This document shows positions 26,235-26,356 of a stretch of 26,356 nucleotides of DNA, piece after piece. Origin of the DNA: a virus (taxonomy: Duplodnaviria; Caudoviricetes); the IMG/VR virus record IMGVR_UViG_3300012231_000041, positions 1-26,356 of that record. The stretch is one strand, 5' to 3'. Position 1 is the first letter of the stretch, and each line of letters opens with the position of its first letter. Position numbers and translations under genes: made by a program. A model generated the notes under the pieces. The model had not been told where the DNA came from and searched no databases. It saw nothing but the letters and a program-made list of their open reading frames with translations.

Positions 26235-26321
26235 TGCCCTAGCCTCTTAGCCCCTTCGGTGCTAGGGCATAGGGGGTGTTGGCCTTGCAGAACCAACACC
26301 CCCGCCTACTTTCGAAAGTAA
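26235..26321. promoter_or_regulatory. Two hairpins followed by a 16-bp palindromic site
   Basis: TGCCCTAGC/GCTAGGGCA (26235-26269); GGGGGTGTTGG/CCAACACCCCC (26272-26303); CTACTTTCGAAAGTAA (26306-26321). Confidence 0.75.
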
Positions 26322-26356
26322 CAACATGAGTGAATGGAACTGGGAATATCTCTTCA

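Noticed and set aside
18444-26321. Palindromes as CRISPR repeats, integron attC sites or REP/MITE elements
   Set aside because: Spacing is irregular (hundreds of bp to kb), some copies lie inside CDSs, and there are no attC R boxes, cas/integrase/transposase genes or target duplications.

Overview
Part of a tailed dsDNA phage genome with a podovirus-like gene order; an alphaproteobacterial host is a weak guess from the endolysin style and a boxA-like sequence. Positions 1-16130 (minus strand) hold the virion module: portal, scaffold, major capsid protein, adaptors, collar-domain tail fibre, amidase endolysin, tail tube/nozzle protein, a GNAT-like protein and three ejection proteins (one with two cell-wall hydrolase domains, one truncated by the window edge). 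TerS and TerL (16194-18125, plus strand) are transcribed divergently from the portal. A repeat-rich non-coding block that may contain the genome end follows, then a plus-strand early region of small genes, two paralogous unknown proteins, a bL12-like domain protein and a MoxR-like AAA ATPase. The strongest unexplained signal is a 16-bp palindrome, YTACTT-N4-AAGTAR (best form CTACTTTCGAAAGTAG), seen by eye at 13 exact and about 9 degenerate sites across both modules: over promoters, over RBSs, at gene ends and inside genes. Both paralogous genes are bracketed by it. Product calls come from motif recognition and synteny; no searches were run.
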